Part shown: in pieces, positions 61,112-64,000 of the stretch
How positions within the stretch are numbered: the stretch's first letter is position 1
Layout of the letters: the number at the start of each line of letters is the position of its first letter
Source of the DNA: Trichormus sp. ATA11-4-KO1
Lineage (GTDB): Bacteria; Cyanobacteriota; Cyanobacteriia; Cyanobacteriales; Nostocaceae
Assembly (NCBI GenBank): GCA_019358915.1
Contig: JAHHIM010000015.1
Coordinates: 34,249 to 98,248 of the forward strand
Reading direction: 5' to 3'
DNA: 64,000 bases
The notes under the pieces: model-generated
Seen by the model: only the letters and a program-made list of their open reading frames with translations
Database searches by the model: none
Told to the model about the DNA's origin: nothing
Translations under genes and position numbers: made by a program

Positions 61112-62389
61112 ATGTTTGATCGGAGTCGTCGAAATCTTGCTCACTGGTTTGCCTTATCGATGGGTGGGATTCTTTTTGCTTTTGCTGGAGTGGGTTACTG
61201 TCTGAATGTGGAAGAACAGTTGCGGTTGTTTGATGATGAACTCTTTCATCACAGTAAAACCTTGGCTGCTAAAACTCATTACTCGCTTTATCAAAGTCAA
61301 TGGCAAACTCAGCGTACCCAAGCTTCTCTAGAGAATGGTGTGACTTTAAATGGTGGCCTGGTGTACGCCCGATGGTATGACACTGAGAAACGACTTGTAC
61401 AGTTTATTGGTTCACCAGGGACTAAGAAATTAACTGCAAAACCAGGATTTCAAGCGTTGCAAGTGCAACTAGGATCAGAAGATTCTCCCACAACTACAAC
61501 CTGGGTTCGTCAAGTTACTCTGCCGATTTTGCAAGATACGGTGCTAATTGGCTATTTCCAAACTGCTGCTCCTATGGATTCACTACGCAGTAGCTTGAAT
61601 CAAGCCCGCTTGTTTATCACTGTAGGTGTTCCCATTACTTTTGGAGTGATTGGTATTACGGGTTGGTTTTTGGGTGGGTTGGCAATGCGACCCAGCCAAC
61701 GCGCTTATCTGCAATTGCAGCGTTTTACAGCTGATGCTTCCCATGAACTGCGTACACCTGTAGCCACAGTGTTGAGTAATGCTCAGGTTGCTCTCATACC
61801 ACCTGAAGACCCCTTAGAGCAAAGACTGCGGTTACAAAAAATCGCGGAAACCGCTAAATCCATGAGTGTGCTAATTAATAATTTGCTTTTCCTGTCGCGT
61901 CATGAGGGTTCCCTAGCGGAAACCACCTTAAAACCAGTTGATTTGAGTAAACTTTTGCGATCGCTTGCCCAGGATTTTACTGTCCAGGCTTCTACCCAAA
62001 GCCTTTATTTCATTGCTCAACTCCCGGAAGAGCCAGTCATGCTCAGAGCTGATGCCAATTTGCTCAAACAAGCAGTGATTAATCTCCTGAGTAATGCTCT
62101 TAAATATACGCCAGCAGGTGGAAAAGTACAATTACGGCTGTTTATTCAGTCTCACCGCGCTGTGATTCAAGTCGAAGACAACGGTATTGGCATTCCCCCC
62201 AACGACTTACCCCATATTTTTGATCGTTTTTACCGCGTAGATACCGTTCGCTCTCGGCAAACAGGTGGCTTCGGACTGGGACTAGCGATCGCCCAACAAA
62301 TTATCCAAGCACACCAAGGGCAAATCACTGTTAAAAGTTTCCCATCTCAAGGTTCAACTTTTCAAATTGACTTGCCCTTGAAAATATAA
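61112..62389 (+). CDS. Sensor histidine kinase (RppB-like)
   Basis: FDRSRRNLAHWF, FTADASHELRTP, NLLSNALKYT, FDRFYRVD, GGFGLGL. Confidence 0.9.
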   Translation: MFDRSRRNLAHWFALSMGGILFAFAGVGYCLNVEEQLRLFDDELFHHSKTLAAKTHYSLYQSQWQTQRTQASLENGVTLNGGLVYARWYDTEKRLVQFIGSPGTKKLTAKPGFQALQVQLGSEDSPTTTTWVRQVTLPILQDTVLIGYFQTAAPMDSLRSSLNQARLFITVGVPITFGVIGITGWFLGGLAMRPSQRAYLQLQRFTADASHELRTPVATVLSNAQVALIPPEDPLEQRLRLQKIAETAKSMSVLINNLLFLSRHEGSLAETTLKPVDLSKLLRSLAQDFTVQASTQSLYFIAQLPEEPVMLRADANLLKQAVINLLSNALKYTPAGGKVQLRLFIQSHRAVIQVEDNGIGIPPNDLPHIFDRFYRVDTVRSRQTGGFGLGLAIAQQIIQAHQGQITVKSFPSQGSTFQIDLPLKI

Positions 62390-62665
62390 TGACCTAATGA
62401 CTTTCTCTGTTGATTTCTGAGTACTAGTAGCCAATTTCCTAGCAGGCGATCGCCTCTTCACCTTCACCAGAACAGATAAAAACTCTTTGTGTCTTAGTGG
62501 TTCAAGATTTTTTTACCACCAAGGCACAAAGACACCAAGTTTTTTGAAAGACCTTTGGAAGTTGCCAAATCTATCTTGCAGCACACCAATATCCAGACCT
62601 CAGGGGGTATTTAACTACCTGAGTTTTGACTATTATCAACAACGACTGATGAGCGAGGAATCTGG

Positions 62666-63679
62666 ATGAATGCAGAGATATCGGCACTTTGGGACAAGGT
62701 ACAGAAAATGATTAACGACTTCATTGTTCTGCTACCCAATATTGTGCTGGGATTGATTGTTTTTACCATCTTTGTGATTTTCGGTAGATCAATCAAGCGA
62801 GTGGTTAGACGCTTAACCAGCCATCACCGCTATGCCCGCAATCTGGGAATGGTGCTAGGTAGGTTAGCACAAGGTACTACAGTTTTGGTAGGTTTGTTTA
62901 TTTCGCTATCGATTGTCTTTCCCTCACTCAGGGCATCAGATTTGGTGCAATTGTTGGGAATTAGTGGGGTCGCTATCGGTTTTGCTTTTCGTGATATTCT
63001 ACAAAACTTTTTAGCTGGCATTTTAATTCTATTGACTGAGCCATTCCAAATCAATGACCAAATTGTTTTTAAGAATTTTGAAGGTACGGTAGAAAATATT
63101 GAAACACGGGCTACTACTATCAGAACTTATGATGGTCGTCGGATTGTGATTCCTAACTCCGAGTTGTTTACCAATTCGGTAACAGTAAATACTGCCTTCG
63201 AGAATCGTCGTCTAGAGTATGATGTCGGTGTTGGCTATGGCGATGACCTGGAGTGGACAAAGCAGTTAATGTTGGAGGCTATGCACAGTGTAGATGTTGT
63301 GTTAAAAGACCCGGCTCCTGATGTGCTGGTGATGGAACTTGCCGAAAGTAGTGTTAATATCCGTGTCCGGTGGTGGATTCAACCACCCCGACGGTCAGAT
63401 GCTCTAGATTCACGCGATCAAGTCATCTCTGCAATTAAGCAAAAGCTCTACGTCGAAAATGGCATTGATTTACCATATCCCACCAGTCAAATTTTATTCC
63501 ACGACCAAACCGAAGAAACAGATGGCGATCGCTTTCGTCAGCGTGAAGGTTGGCCCGCAGGTAAAGGTGAAGTCCCTAAACCACGTAGCATCGGCGGTTC
63601 ACTCAAGCGCTTGGCTCAGTTGCAGGATAGCAATGGCAAGGTAGATGCTCGCAGCAATGACCCCATGAATCATGAATAA
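62666..63679 (+). CDS. MscS-family mechanosensitive channel
   Basis: GVAIGFAFRDILQNF, EGTVENI, IVIPNS, VGVGYGDD, IDLPYP. Confidence 0.9.
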   Translation: MNAEISALWDKVQKMINDFIVLLPNIVLGLIVFTIFVIFGRSIKRVVRRLTSHHRYARNLGMVLGRLAQGTTVLVGLFISLSIVFPSLRASDLVQLLGISGVAIGFAFRDILQNFLAGILILLTEPFQINDQIVFKNFEGTVENIETRATTIRTYDGRRIVIPNSELFTNSVTVNTAFENRRLEYDVGVGYGDDLEWTKQLMLEAMHSVDVVLKDPAPDVLVMELAESSVNIRVRWWIQPPRRSDALDSRDQVISAIKQKLYVENGIDLPYPTSQILFHDQTEETDGDRFRQREGWPAGKGEVPKPRSIGGSLKRLAQLQDSNGKVDARSNDPMNHE

Positions 63680-63876
63680 TGTCAAGTTGATCAAGCTGTG
63701 AGATGCACTCCATACTAGCTACTGGTTTTTGCCAGGAATCCTGGCACTCAGTGCGGTCATTTTGGCATTTACCATGTTGACCCTTGACCGCACAATTGGT
63801 TTTGATGATTGGGATTGGATTTACACAGGTGGCCCTGATGGAGCAAGAGAAGTACTTTCTGCGATCGCAGGTTCAA
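63672..63876 (+). pseudogene. DUF2254-like membrane protein pseudogene
   Basis: MNNVKLIKL*DALHTSYWFLPG...WIYTGGPDGAREVLSAIAGS has an in-frame TGA at 63699-63701, and the similarity ends abruptly at the IS junction. Confidence 0.7.
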
Positions 63877-64000
63877 TAGACTCGTCCGGAATATGATTTA
63901 GGTACAAAAAAGTGGTAGAAAGTAAAATTGACCCTCTACCACTACTTAATTAAATGATTAGTATCTTTGATTATATACAAAAGTACCCCTCGCGTGCAAA
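63877..64000 (+). mobile_element. Left end of an insertion sequence (probably IS5 family, ISL2 group); transposase starts at 63954 and runs off the window
   Basis: TAGACTCGTCC junction at a TA; hairpin AGTGGTAGA/TCTACCACT; the ORF MISIFDYIQKYPSRA... resembles N-termini of cyanobacterial DDE transposases. Confidence 0.6.

Overview
Chromosomal window from a filamentous, probably heterocyst-forming cyanobacterium (Nostocales-like). This rests on abundant HIP1 GCGATCGC octamers, heptameric STRR repeats, devBCA and ntcB-cnaT. Contents, left to right: (1) the 3' end of a putative natural-product or lipid cluster with two tandem flavin-dependent halogenase-like genes, a 118-aa orphan and a DevBCA-type exporter; (2) a TPR protein, a FetB-like permease, an internally deleted IS701-like mini-element, and an XPB/Rad25 helicase + DUF790 (Bax1-like) nuclease pair; (3) a PAS hybrid kinase, recA with a LexA box, a pentapeptide-repeat Ser/Thr kinase, ntcB-cnaT with a canonical NtcA promoter, a 5-formyl-THF cyclo-ligase, a Ser/Thr-AAA-GAF-His kinase, a sugar ABC permease, a cNMP-binding protein, a P-type ATPase and UPF0182; (4) a minus-strand run of two orphans, a Rieske/PaO oxygenase and a split, order-inverted photolyase; (5) bcp, two tandem PD-(D/E)XK proteins, iscS, a cyanophycinase-like peptidase and a GT4; (6) an accessory stress-type region with two two-component systems, two MscS channels, an unannotated 49-aa RHH-like gene, an SPS-like GT4 with altered catalytic motifs, an RND pump whose adaptor gene is bracketed by perfect 51-bp inverted repeats, Uma2, and a DUF2254 pseudogene broken by an IS at the window edge. 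No rRNA, tRNA or CRISPR array was recognised. All family calls are by motif recognition by eye, not database searches.
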